DNA from: Myxococcales bacterium | GTDB lineage: Bacteria > Myxococcota_A > UBA9042 | DNA: 17,743 nt | Reading direction: 5' to 3' | Assembly: GCA_037441385.1 (NCBI GenBank) | Contig: JBBISH010000123.1 | Span: 1 to 17,743, forward strand | Shown here: positions 1 through 7,937 of the stretch, one piece after another | How the letters are laid out: each line of letters opens with the position of its first letter | Position numbering within the stretch: the stretch's first letter is position 1 | Program-made: the position numbers and the translations under genes | Notes under the pieces: model-generated | What the model was told of the DNA's origin: nothing | The model's input: only the letters and a program-made list of their open reading frames with translations | The model's database searches: none

Positions 1-1
1 C

Positions 2-1675
2 CCGTGCACCGACGACGCCTGCAACCCCAAAACCGGCTGCACCACCACCGCCAACAGCGCACCCTGCGACGACCAGAACGCCTGCAGCATCGGCGATACT
101 TGCAAGGGCGGCGCGTGCCTGCCCGGTGCGCCCACCGCGTGCGACGACGACAACCTGTGCACGACCGACACCTGCTCGCCCAGCCTGGGCTGCGCCAACA
201 AGGCCAACACCCTGCCGTGCGACGACGGCAGTGTTTGCACCTTGGCCGACAAATGCGCCGCGGGCGTCTGCGTACCGGGCAAGAACCTGGTCTGCAGCGA
301 CGGCAACGCCTGCACAAGCGATACCTGCGACGCCGCCAACGGCTGCAGCTTTGCCAACAACGCCGCGACGTGCAGCGACGGCAACGTCTGCAGCGTCGGC
401 GACGCCTGCAAAGACGGCGCCTGCGTGGCCGGCAGCCCCCAAGTCTGCGACGACAGCAACCCCTGCACCACCGACAGCTGCGACCCGGCCGCCGGGTGCA
501 AATTCGCGGCCAACACTCTGCCTTGCGACGACGCGAGCGTTTGCACGGTCGGCGACGTCTGCGCAGCCACCGTGTGCAAGCCCGGCAAGGCCACCGTCTG
601 CAACGACGGCAACGCGTGCACGGACGACAGCTGTGACGCCAGCAACGGCTGCGTTTCGCTGGCCAACACCGTGACGTGCAGCGACGGCAACGCCTGCACC
701 GGCCCCGACGCCTGCCAAAAGGGCGCGTGCGCAGGGCAAGTGATCAGCTGCGACGACGGCAACCCATGCTCTGTCGACGCGTGCGACGCCACCAGCGGCT
801 GCAGCCACACGTCGCCGACCGGGTGGGGAGCGTGCGACAGCAAGTGCGTGGATTTGCAGAACGATCCGGCCAACTGTGGCGGCTGCGGCAAGGGCTGCAC
901 CGCAGGCGAACTGTGCCTCAAAGCGCAGTGCACACCCATCGTTTGCATCCCCAACTCGGTCGTCACCTGCTACGACGGCCCCGCCGGCACGGTGGGCGTG
1001 GGCGCATGCAAAGCCGGCACACGCACTTGCAACGCACAGGGGACGGGCTGGACCGGCGCGTGCGTTGGGCAAGTAACCCCGCTTCCGGCCGAGGACTGCG
1101 CCACGCCCGTCGACGACGACTGCAACGGCAAGACCAACGACAGCGCGGCCTGCGGGGTCGCCACCTACCGCTTCAACTATCCGGGTGACTGCGGCTCGTA
1201 TTGCTACTTCGACGAGCCCCACAACGTTGCCATCAACGGCGCGCCCGCGAACAATGCGGGATACAACCTGATGGAAATCGGTCAGTTGCTGGATGGCGTC
1301 AAGGGTGGCGACAACTGGACGCTGGATTTTGGCAAGGGCAACGCCTACGAGTGGGTCGGCTGGGCCGGCAAGGTGGCGCAGGTCGACTTCAAATTCCCCA
1401 AGGCGCGCGTGCTCAAGCTGGTACGGCTGGGCCTGGACAACTACATCAATGGCGGCGTGAACCAGCCTACGCAGATCGAGATCCTGTTCTCGAACGACGG
1501 CGTGACGTGGTCGGCGCCCCAGGCGTTCAAGCTGAGCGATGGCACGCAACCCGCGATTCCCGCAGGCAAGCGCGCGGATATCACGCTCAACTTTGCCGCT
1601 GTGACCACGCAGTGGGTCGCGGTGCGGTTTACCAACAGCACGTGGACGTTCTTGGACGAGGTCGCGTTTGATTGA
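2..1675 (+). CDS. Large extracellular Cys-rich repeat protein, 5'-partial (Dictyostelium/myxobacterial-type repeats, STIG1-like repeat, MopE-like repeat, C-terminal discoidin/DS-like beta-sandwich)
   Basis: The frame of ORF 242..1675 stays open back to base 2 (PCTDDACNPKTGC...), so the real start is outside the window. It has many CDDGNxCTxDxCxxxxGC repeats, then CVDLQNDPANCGGCGKGC (~833-930), CYDGPAGT..GxCxAG..EDC..DDDCNG (~944-1155) and a Cys-poor terminal domain (GQLLDG..YEWVGW..WTFLDEVAFD). Stop TGA at 1673-1675. Confidence 0.9.
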   Translation, partial: PCTDDACNPKTGCTTTANSAPCDDQNACSIGDTCKGGACLPGAPTACDDDNLCTTDTCSPSLGCANKANTLPCDDGSVCTLADKCAAGVCVPGKNLVCSDGNACTSDTCDAANGCSFANNAATCSDGNVCSVGDACKDGACVAGSPQVCDDSNPCTTDSCDPAAGCKFAANTLPCDDASVCTVGDVCAATVCKPGKATVCNDGNACTDDSCDASNGCVSLANTVTCSDGNACTGPDACQKGACAGQVISCDDGNPCSVDACDATSGCSHTSPTGWGACDSKCVDLQNDPANCGGCGKGCTAGELCLKAQCTPIVCIPNSVVTCYDGPAGTVGVGACKAGTRTCNAQGTGWTGACVGQVTPLPAEDCATPVDDDCNGKTNDSAACGVATYRFNYPGDCGSYCYFDEPHNVAINGAPANNAGYNLMEIGQLLDGVKGGDNWTLDFGKGNAYEWVGWAGKVAQVDFKFPKARVLKLVRLGLDNYINGGVNQPTQIEILFSNDGVTWSAPQAFKLSDGTQPAIPAGKRADITLNFAAVTTQWVAVRFTNSTWTFLDEVAFD

Positions 1676-1697
1676 CGCGCGCCGAGGGCACGGGTAG

Positions 1698-1919
1698 GTG
1701 GGCTTCATGAACATCATCGACCAAATCATAGATTTCTTTGTGCGCCTGGTTCGCGGCCAGGTCGATACGGTCCAGATGCGCGCCAAAGCCAAGACCATGG
1801 CCGTGGAAGCCCGCGTCAAGGCTGAGGCGGCCAAGCGCGTCAATGGCGCCGTGGACGGTACCCTTAACAAGGCCCGGCAGACCGTGCAGAAGTCCGCTCC
1901 GCCGCAGACCAAACGCTAG
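1698..1919 (+). CDS. Small basic, probably helical protein of unknown function (73 aa; alternative ATG start at 1707)
   Basis: Fills the gap between two genes (22 bp after the upstream stop, 6 bp before the next ATG). GC-rich third codon positions, purine-rich GAGGG/GGGTAGG upstream, amphipathic N-terminus IIDQIIDFFVRLV. Confidence 0.75.
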   Translation: MGFMNIIDQIIDFFVRLVRGQVDTVQMRAKAKTMAVEARVKAEAAKRVNGAVDGTLNKARQTVQKSAPPQTKR

Positions 1920-1925
1920 CCGACG

Positions 1926-3308
1926 ATGCGCGTGCTGCTGGCCGACCCGCCCGAGCTGTTCCTGACCGGGCAGGGCCTGACGCGTCAAGTGCAGCCGTTG
2001 GGGCTCGCCTATGTGGGCGCCGCGCTGGCCGACATGGCCGAGGTCCGGTTCTTGTTGCCGGACACGCGCGCCTATCTGGGCGATGACCCGTGGGGCGAAC
2101 TGCGGCGCACCCTTGTCGATGAACGCCCGGATATCCTTGGTATCGGTGCGGTCACGGCCAGTTGGCCCGCGGCTGTACGCTTGGCGCAACTCTGTCGCGA
2201 GTGCCTGCCCGAGACGCTGATCGTGGCAGGCGGCGTCCATGTCTCGACCGAGCCGGCGGCGTCGTTGCGCGATGCGCCCGCCGTGGATGTGGTGGTGTTG
2301 GGCGAGGGCGAGGCCACCCTGCGCGACATTGCGCTGCGGTGGCAGGACCGGCGGCGCCAGGTGGTGGACTGGTCGACCGTGGCCGGCACTTGGTCGCGCA
2401 CGCCCGATGGCCAGCCTTGCCAAGGGCCGCCGCGGCCTCTGTTGCGCGACTTGGACGTGCTCCCGCTGCCGCTGCGCGACGGCTTGGTGTACCCGCAGGA
2501 CATCCAACCGGCGTTCTACCAGGCGATGGTGACGCTGCGGGGCTGTCCGTACCACTGCATCTACTGCGCGGTACCGTCGCTGGACTCGAGCCGCACCCGC
2601 TACCGCTCGCCGCGCAACGTGGTCGACGAAATTGCGCAGTTGCGCGAGCGCCACCGCATCGCCTACTTGTTCTTCCACGACAGCGTCTTCACGCTCCACC
2701 GCCAGCGGACCTTGGACATCTGCCGCCAGATGGTCGAGCGCGGCCTGACGCTGCCCTTCTGCATCCAGACGCGCGCCGACCGGTTGGACGCCGAGCTGCT
2801 AGAGGCGATGCAGCAAGCTGGCCTGCATCAAGTGTTTTTTGGCATCGAGTCGGGCGACGCCGACTCCCTGCGCCGCATTCGCAAGGCCATGGAATTGGAG
2901 CGTATTCGCCAAGCGGTGGCCATGACGCGGGCGGCTGGCGTCCGCACCAGTGGCTTCTTCATGATCGGCTGGCCCTGGGAGACCGAAGCGCGGATGGACC
3001 AAACCGCAGATTTTGCCACCAGTCTGGACTTGGACGCCGTCAGCCTGTTCTCGGCCACTCCGCTGCCCGGCACCGAGCTGTGGCGGCTGGCCGGCGGTAC
3101 GCCCCGCGCGCTCGCTTCGGTGGATTTCCGCAAGCCGCAGGTGAACTTGACGCAGCTCAGCGACGCTCAGTATGCGCAGGCCTTCGGCCGCATCAGCGCC
3201 CGCATCGACGCCTACAACCAAGCACGCATGCTGTTGGCCTTGCAGCCTACGGCCGCCAACTGGCAGACCGCGGCCAATCTGGCCGCCACCTCGACCGAGC
3301 GCACCTGA
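1926..3308 (+). CDS. Cobalamin (B12)-binding domain radical SAM enzyme, class B methyltransferase-like
   Basis: N-terminal B12-binding domain signatures (PLGLAYVGA, PDILGIG, IVAGGVH, VVLGEGE). RGCPYHCIYC CxxxCxxC motif at 2544-2567. Radical SAM barrel motifs FHDSVFT, FFGIESG, FMIGWPWET, TPLPGTEL. Confidence 0.93.
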   Translation: MRVLLADPPELFLTGQGLTRQVQPLGLAYVGAALADMAEVRFLLPDTRAYLGDDPWGELRRTLVDERPDILGIGAVTASWPAAVRLAQLCRECLPETLIVAGGVHVSTEPAASLRDAPAVDVVVLGEGEATLRDIALRWQDRRRQVVDWSTVAGTWSRTPDGQPCQGPPRPLLRDLDVLPLPLRDGLVYPQDIQPAFYQAMVTLRGCPYHCIYCAVPSLDSSRTRYRSPRNVVDEIAQLRERHRIAYLFFHDSVFTLHRQRTLDICRQMVERGLTLPFCIQTRADRLDAELLEAMQQAGLHQVFFGIESGDADSLRRIRKAMELERIRQAVAMTRAAGVRTSGFFMIGWPWETEARMDQTADFATSLDLDAVSLFSATPLPGTELWRLAGGTPRALASVDFRKPQVNLTQLSDAQYAQAFGRISARIDAYNQARMLLALQPTAANWQTAANLAATSTERT

Positions 3309-3327
3309 CGGCCCATGTCGTGCCCAG

Positions 3328-3693
3328 CTACGGGGCGCCGCACGCGAGCCATTCGGCCAGTTGGTCGCGCTCGGCTTGACTGGGGTCGTCTGGACCGGGC
3401 GGCATGGCGCGGTTCTGGCCGGCGGCGTTGACAAAGACGCGCTGCAGGTTGGCCTGCACAGCCCCTTGGGTGTTCAGCGCCCGCGAGCTGTAGCCGTTCG
3501 GGCCGCCATGGCAGCGGACGCAATAGCGCGCCATGAAGTCCTGGCCAAAGTTGAGGTAGGTGAGCTTGGTGCCCCCGGGCGGGCAGCTGTGGTCGGCCAG
3601 ATCGTCGGTCGAGAGGCAGCCCGGCAACGTGGCGATGACGGCGATCACCGCGGTCACCGCTGGCGAAAGTGCGCGGTGCGCAAGGTCTTTCAT
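3328..3693 (-). CDS. Monoheme c-type cytochrome lipoprotein (~121 aa)
   Basis: ATG at 3693 overlaps the upstream stop (ATGA). Hydrophobic signal and lipobox LPGC; heme motif CVRCH at 3508-3522; distal MPP (candidate axial Met); C-terminal ERDQLAEWLACGAP helix typical of class I cytochromes c. Confidence 0.85.
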   Translation of the reverse strand: MKDLAHRALSPAVTAVIAVIATLPGCLSTDDLADHSCPPGGTKLTYLNFGQDFMARYCVRCHGGPNGYSSRALNTQGAVQANLQRVFVNAAGQNRAMPPGPDDPSQAERDQLAEWLACGAP

Positions 3694-4289
3694 CGCGCCA
3701 CCACCGACCAGACCAGGCCCACGTCGGCGGCGAGCCCAAGGTACCAGGCGGGACCCAACGCGGTATCGGGAAACAGCACGCCGGTCAGGCCCACGCGCGC
3801 CCCCACGCGGCCCAGCGGCGTTTCGGCCACCCCGGTCTCTGCCCGCAAGTCCAGGCCGGCACCAGCGCGGTGGCGAATCCCGCTGCCGATGCCGAAGACC
3901 GTGCCCCAAGGGCTTGCTTGCACCGACACCAGCCCTTCCTCGTGCTGATGGATGACGAACAGGCGCGCGCCCGGCTGCCAATGCGGCCCTGGCAAGCTGC
4001 CCGTGATGCCCGCCGTGATGCCGGTATTGACGCGATGGTCCACCGCCCATAGCTGTTCCCACACTTGCACTTCGGCGCCCAGCCAGCCGCGCCAGCGACC
4101 CGCCAGGGCCACGGCAAAACCGCCGCCACCGTCGCCGTGCCAACCGCTAGTGGCCGCATTGGCGCCCAGCCATGTCGAGATTTCTGCAGCCTGTACGGGA
4201 TGTTGCAGGGTCATGCCTGCCAGGAACAGCAAGACGGCGATGGCCGGCAGCTGGCGACGCGCGGACCCAAGCAACGGCTTCTGCATCAT
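3690..4289 (-). CDS. Secreted protein, probable small outer-membrane beta-barrel (~199 aa)
   Basis: ATG at 4289 overlaps the upstream stop (ATGA). Signal peptide ending VQA-A; Gly/aromatic-rich alternating strands (WLGAEVQVW, GARLFVIH, AGAGLDLRAE, VGARVGLTGVLF, WYLGLAADVGLVW). The barrel fold is an inference. Confidence 0.75.
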   Translation of the reverse strand: MMQKPLLGSARRQLPAIAVLLFLAGMTLQHPVQAAEISTWLGANAATSGWHGDGGGGFAVALAGRWRGWLGAEVQVWEQLWAVDHRVNTGITAGITGSLPGPHWQPGARLFVIHQHEEGLVSVQASPWGTVFGIGSGIRHRAGAGLDLRAETGVAETPLGRVGARVGLTGVLFPDTALGPAWYLGLAADVGLVWSVVAR

Positions 4290-7200
4290 TGGCACATGGT
4301 GCAGGTGCTGCCCGCGCATGTGGATGCCAGCCCGCCCGTGGCGGAGCAACAGTCGCCATTGGACTTGCAGGCGGCGTCGCACCAGCAGCCCACGGCCGCT
4401 TGACCGCCGCATACCGCGTCGCAAGGGTGTGATTTGCAGTCCAGCGCGCAGTTCTGCGCAGACTCGCCCAGCTCGCACTTGCCGTTGCCGCATACCGGTT
4501 GCATGCAGGTGCCCGCGCTGTCGCAGGTGCCGTTGCTGCCACAGGCCGTGCCCGATGGTTGCGAGTAGAACTGGCAGCCTCCAGCCACACAGATGTCGGC
4601 TGTGCAGGACTTGCCGTCGCCGCAGCCGCTGTTGCCGGCGCATTGGCATGCGATCTGCCCGCCCAGCGACAGGCGCACTTGCCAGCCGTCGCCAGCCGTT
4701 TGGCCGATGCTGGGGTAGCTGTATGCGTAGTAACCCACCGCGACCACGCCGCCTTGCGCCGCCGCGATGCCGCGCATTTGATCGGTGCCGGTGCCGCCCA
4801 GACCGGTGATCCACTGCAGCGTGCCGTCCAGGCCGGCCAACCCCACTACGCCCTGATCATTCAGGCCGCTGACCGGGGTGCCGCCGATCGACGTCTGGCT
4901 GCCGGTGACCGCGCCGCCGACAAAGGCGTAGCCCACGCCCGGCACGAGGGCAATCGAGCGCGGCACGTGCGCCTCGCCTGGGAACGCCTCGAACTGCTTG
5001 CTCCACACCAGCGTGCCGTCGGCCTTGATGCGCTGCAGGCCCAGCTTGCTGCCCCCCGCGCCGTCCGCGTAGGTTTGCAGGGCCACGTAAGTGCCGTCGC
5101 CCACAGCGATCATTCCGCCAGCGTCGTCGTTGCTGGCGCTGCCGTGGGGTGTGCCGATTCCGGCGTCGCCGTTGGCGGCGATGTTGACGAAGTAGGCGTC
5201 GGTGCCCTTGTTGGCGGCCGGGCCGGTGCCGTGGCACACAAAGGCGCCCGCTGGGGTCACGGCGCAGGCGCTGAACTTCTCGTAGCTGGAGTACGTCTTG
5301 GACCACAGCAGGTTGCCGAATACGTCGATGCGCGCCAGCCATGCCGAGGCCACGCCCGCGGTGGTCGAGCGCCCGACCAGCAACAAGCCGTCGCTGAGTA
5401 CGGTGGCTCGCTCGGGCCATTCTTGGGCCGTGCCGCCGTACACCTTGGACGAGACCTGGTTGCCGGACCCGTCGATCAATAGGACCCACGCGTCTTCGCC
5501 GTTGGCGGGCACGCTGGTGTTGACGCTGGTGCCGATGACCACCGGGCCCAAGGGGGTGGACAGGACGTCGAAGAACGCATCCTCGCCGGCTGCGCCGTAC
5601 TTCTTGGTCCACTTGGGCTTGCCGTCGCTGCCGATGAGCGCAATCAAGCCATCGGTGCCGGCGCCGCCCGAGTTGTCGGTCTCGCCCACGGCCAACACGT
5701 CGTTGCCCAGCGGCATGACGGCGCGCAACAGGTCGCCCGAGCTGCCCAGGCTGGTGAACGCCTCAAAGCCGCTGCCGCTCCCCGCCACGCAGTTCCCGGC
5801 TTGGCATTGGCTGCACGTGCCCGCGGCGCCGCACGACGCCGAATTGGCCGCAAAGGAGCAAGCGCCGTTTTGGCAGGTGTCATCGGTACATGCGTTGCCA
5901 TCGTTGCACACCACGGGGCTGCCCAGGCATTGACCATTGCTGCACACGTCGGATTTGGTGCAGGCGTTCTTGTCGTCGCAGACGGCGGTGTTGGCCACGA
6001 ACTTGCAGGCCCCGCCGCTGCACGCGTCGCTGGTGCAGGGGTTGCCGTCGTCGCACACGATCGGGCTGCCGGTGCACTTGCCATTTTGGCACGAGTCGCC
6101 GCCCGTGCAGCCGTCGCCGTCGTTGCATGTGCCGGCCGCAGGCACGAACAAGCAGGTCCCGCCGCTGCAACTGTCGGATGTGCATGGGTTGTTGTCAGTG
6201 CAACCCAGCGGTGTCCCGGCACAGACGCCGGCGCTACAGCCATCGTTCTGCGTGCAGGCGTTGCCGTCGCTGCACGCTTTGGCGTTGGCTTTGGTTTGGC
6301 AGCCCTTGGCCGGGTCACACGAATCGTCGGTGCAGAGGTTGCCGTCGTCGCAGGTCTTGGGCTGGCCGCTGGCGCACTTGCCCCCCAGGCACGAGTCGCC
6401 TTCGGTGCACGTGTTGCCATCGCTGCAGGGGCCGGCCTGGGCGACCATCAGGCAGTTGCCGTTCTGGCAGCCGTCGGCGGTACACGGGTTGCCATCGTCG
6501 CAGACCAGGGCGCTGCCGACGCACTTGCTGCCCGCGTCGCACGCATCGTTTGCGGTGCAAGCGTTGCCGTCGCTGCACGGGCTGCCCGTCGCGGCGGGGT
6601 GGAGGCAGCCGCCCGCGGTGTCGCAACCGTCTTTGGTGCAAGGGTTGCCGTCGTCGCAGTTGGCGGGTGCGCCGGGCAGGCACTTGCCGCCTTGGCAGGC
6701 GTCGCCAGTGGTGCACGCGTTGTTGTCGCTGCAGGGCAGCGTGTTGGGTTGCCAGACGCAACCGCCGTTGGCACAGCCGTCGTTCGTGCACGGGTTGCCG
6801 TCGCCGCAGTCTTGGGCCGCCGCGAAGCCGCTGCCATCGTTGGCGCAGACGTAGACTGCCGTGCCGCTACACACCGAACTGCCGCAAAGGTCGGCCTGGC
6901 AAGTGCCGGCGTTGCAGAACTGTTCGGGTTTGCAATCGTCGGCCCCCAGGCATGCCACGCAGACGCCGCTCTTGGTGTCGCACACGCCGGCACAGTCTTT
7001 GCTGGACTTGCACGGCACAGCGGCGGCGCACTTGAAGTTGCTGCACGCTTGGTTGGTGCCGCAGTCGGCGTTGCTGGTGCAGTCGACGCAGGCCCCTTCG
7101 CTTTTGCTGCACACCTGGGCGGTGGCCTTGCAGTCCAAATCCGACTTGCACACCTTGGACGCAACGCACTGTTGCCCGATACACACCGAGCCTGCACCAC

Positions 7201-7738
7201 AGTGCGCCGAGACGAGACACGCTACGCAAGTGTGGGTGGCCACAGCGCAATGGGCAGTCTTGTCCGGGCAGTCTGCGTCCACGCCGCACGGCGCAGCCCA
7301 GTTTCCAGCAGCCGTGTCGGGACTGGCGTCGGCAGCACCGTCGGGCGATGCATCTGCGTCGGGCGATACATCTGCGTCGGGCCATACATCTGCGTCGGGC
7401 GATGCATCGGCGATCGTGTCTGCAGCGGTGTCGGCCGCGGAATCGGCGGCATCGTCTGCCGCCGTGTCCGGGTCGGCATCCGGCGCGGCGTCGGCAGTGC
7501 TATCTGGGGCCGCGTCCTCTGCGCTGTCTGCGGTCGCGTCGGGGGCCGGCTGCACTCCGTCCGCTTCTGGCGCGGCGTCGCCGCCCATCACGTCGCTGTC
7601 GTCGATTGCGGCCGCGTCGCTCGCGTCGGCGCCCGGTCCAACAAAGATCAAAGTCTTTTCTGCGGGTTGATTGCACCCAATGGGCACCGTGGCCAACAGG
7701 ACCAGCAAGAGCAGGGGGAGTCGGCGCGTTGGGAGCAT
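4286..7738 (-). CDS. Large surface lipoprotein: acidic linker, Cys-rich repeats, beta-propeller, myxobacterial CGNG repeat, C-terminal somatomedin-B-like domain
   Basis: Probable ATG at 7738 (GTG at 7765 is the alternative). Signal LPLLLLVLLATVPIGC with lipobox Cys; D/A/P-rich linker (~7300-7640); CxxDxDC repeats; many CDDGNxCTxDxC repeats (~5790-6830); propeller-type repeats WTKKYGAAGED / SKVYGGTAQE / WITGLGGTGTD (~4670-5770); CGNGKCELGESAQNCALDC; CDAVCGG..GCWCDAACKSNGDCC. Confidence 0.92.
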   Translation of the reverse strand: MLPTRRLPLLLLVLLATVPIGCNQPAEKTLIFVGPGADASDAAAIDDSDVMGGDAAPEADGVQPAPDATADSAEDAAPDSTADAAPDADPDTAADDAADSAADTAADTIADASPDADVWPDADVSPDADASPDGAADASPDTAAGNWAAPCGVDADCPDKTAHCAVATHTCVACLVSAHCGAGSVCIGQQCVASKVCKSDLDCKATAQVCSKSEGACVDCTSNADCGTNQACSNFKCAAAVPCKSSKDCAGVCDTKSGVCVACLGADDCKPEQFCNAGTCQADLCGSSVCSGTAVYVCANDGSGFAAAQDCGDGNPCTNDGCANGGCVWQPNTLPCSDNNACTTGDACQGGKCLPGAPANCDDGNPCTKDGCDTAGGCLHPAATGSPCSDGNACTANDACDAGSKCVGSALVCDDGNPCTADGCQNGNCLMVAQAGPCSDGNTCTEGDSCLGGKCASGQPKTCDDGNLCTDDSCDPAKGCQTKANAKACSDGNACTQNDGCSAGVCAGTPLGCTDNNPCTSDSCSGGTCLFVPAAGTCNDGDGCTGGDSCQNGKCTGSPIVCDDGNPCTSDACSGGACKFVANTAVCDDKNACTKSDVCSNGQCLGSPVVCNDGNACTDDTCQNGACSFAANSASCGAAGTCSQCQAGNCVAGSGSGFEAFTSLGSSGDLLRAVMPLGNDVLAVGETDNSGGAGTDGLIALIGSDGKPKWTKKYGAAGEDAFFDVLSTPLGPVVIGTSVNTSVPANGEDAWVLLIDGSGNQVSSKVYGGTAQEWPERATVLSDGLLLVGRSTTAGVASAWLARIDVFGNLLWSKTYSSYEKFSACAVTPAGAFVCHGTGPAANKGTDAYFVNIAANGDAGIGTPHGSASNDDAGGMIAVGDGTYVALQTYADGAGGSKLGLQRIKADGTLVWSKQFEAFPGEAHVPRSIALVPGVGYAFVGGAVTGSQTSIGGTPVSGLNDQGVVGLAGLDGTLQWITGLGGTGTDQMRGIAAAQGGVVAVGYYAYSYPSIGQTAGDGWQVRLSLGGQIACQCAGNSGCGDGKSCTADICVAGGCQFYSQPSGTACGSNGTCDSAGTCMQPVCGNGKCELGESAQNCALDCKSHPCDAVCGGQAAVGCWCDAACKSNGDCCSATGGLASTCAGSTCTMCQ
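7339..7408. repeat. 18-bp tandem repeat, about 3.8 copies, encoding DA(D)(V/A)(S/W)P units in the acidic linker
   Basis: Units gtcgggcgatgcatctgc, gtcgggcgatacatctgc, gtcgggccatacatctgc and a partial gtcgggcgatgcatc read directly from the sequence. Confidence 0.85.
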
Positions 7739-7937
7739 AAGCTGGGGCCTCGCAAAATCGCCCACAGCCTACGGATCGGCCGGCTGGGGCGCAAGTTGCG
7801 CACCTCGACGAATGGCACCTGCTGCGCGCCAGTGCGCATTCCCTGGCCCGCTGGGCAATCGACGCGAATCCGGCGGGGAGCGCGGTGCCTGCCCACGAAA
7901 TTGCTGGATTTTCAAGCTGAGCCCGACGGATTCCGGG

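Noticed and set aside
3328..4814. ORF-track starts at 4143 and 4814 for the cytochrome and barrel genes
   Set aside because: The extensions overlap upstream genes in other frames. ATGA-coupled starts at 3693 and 4289 put the signal peptides at the N-terminus.
1..6830. Recurrent tgcgacgacggcaac-like motif as a possible CRISPR or non-coding array
   Set aside because: Copies are degenerate at synonymous positions, lie in frame inside CDSs and encode CDDGN repeats. No cas genes are present.
7813..7828. Sigma54 promoter at TGGCAC
   Set aside because: GG-to-GC spacing is wrong and the orientation does not match a downstream gene.
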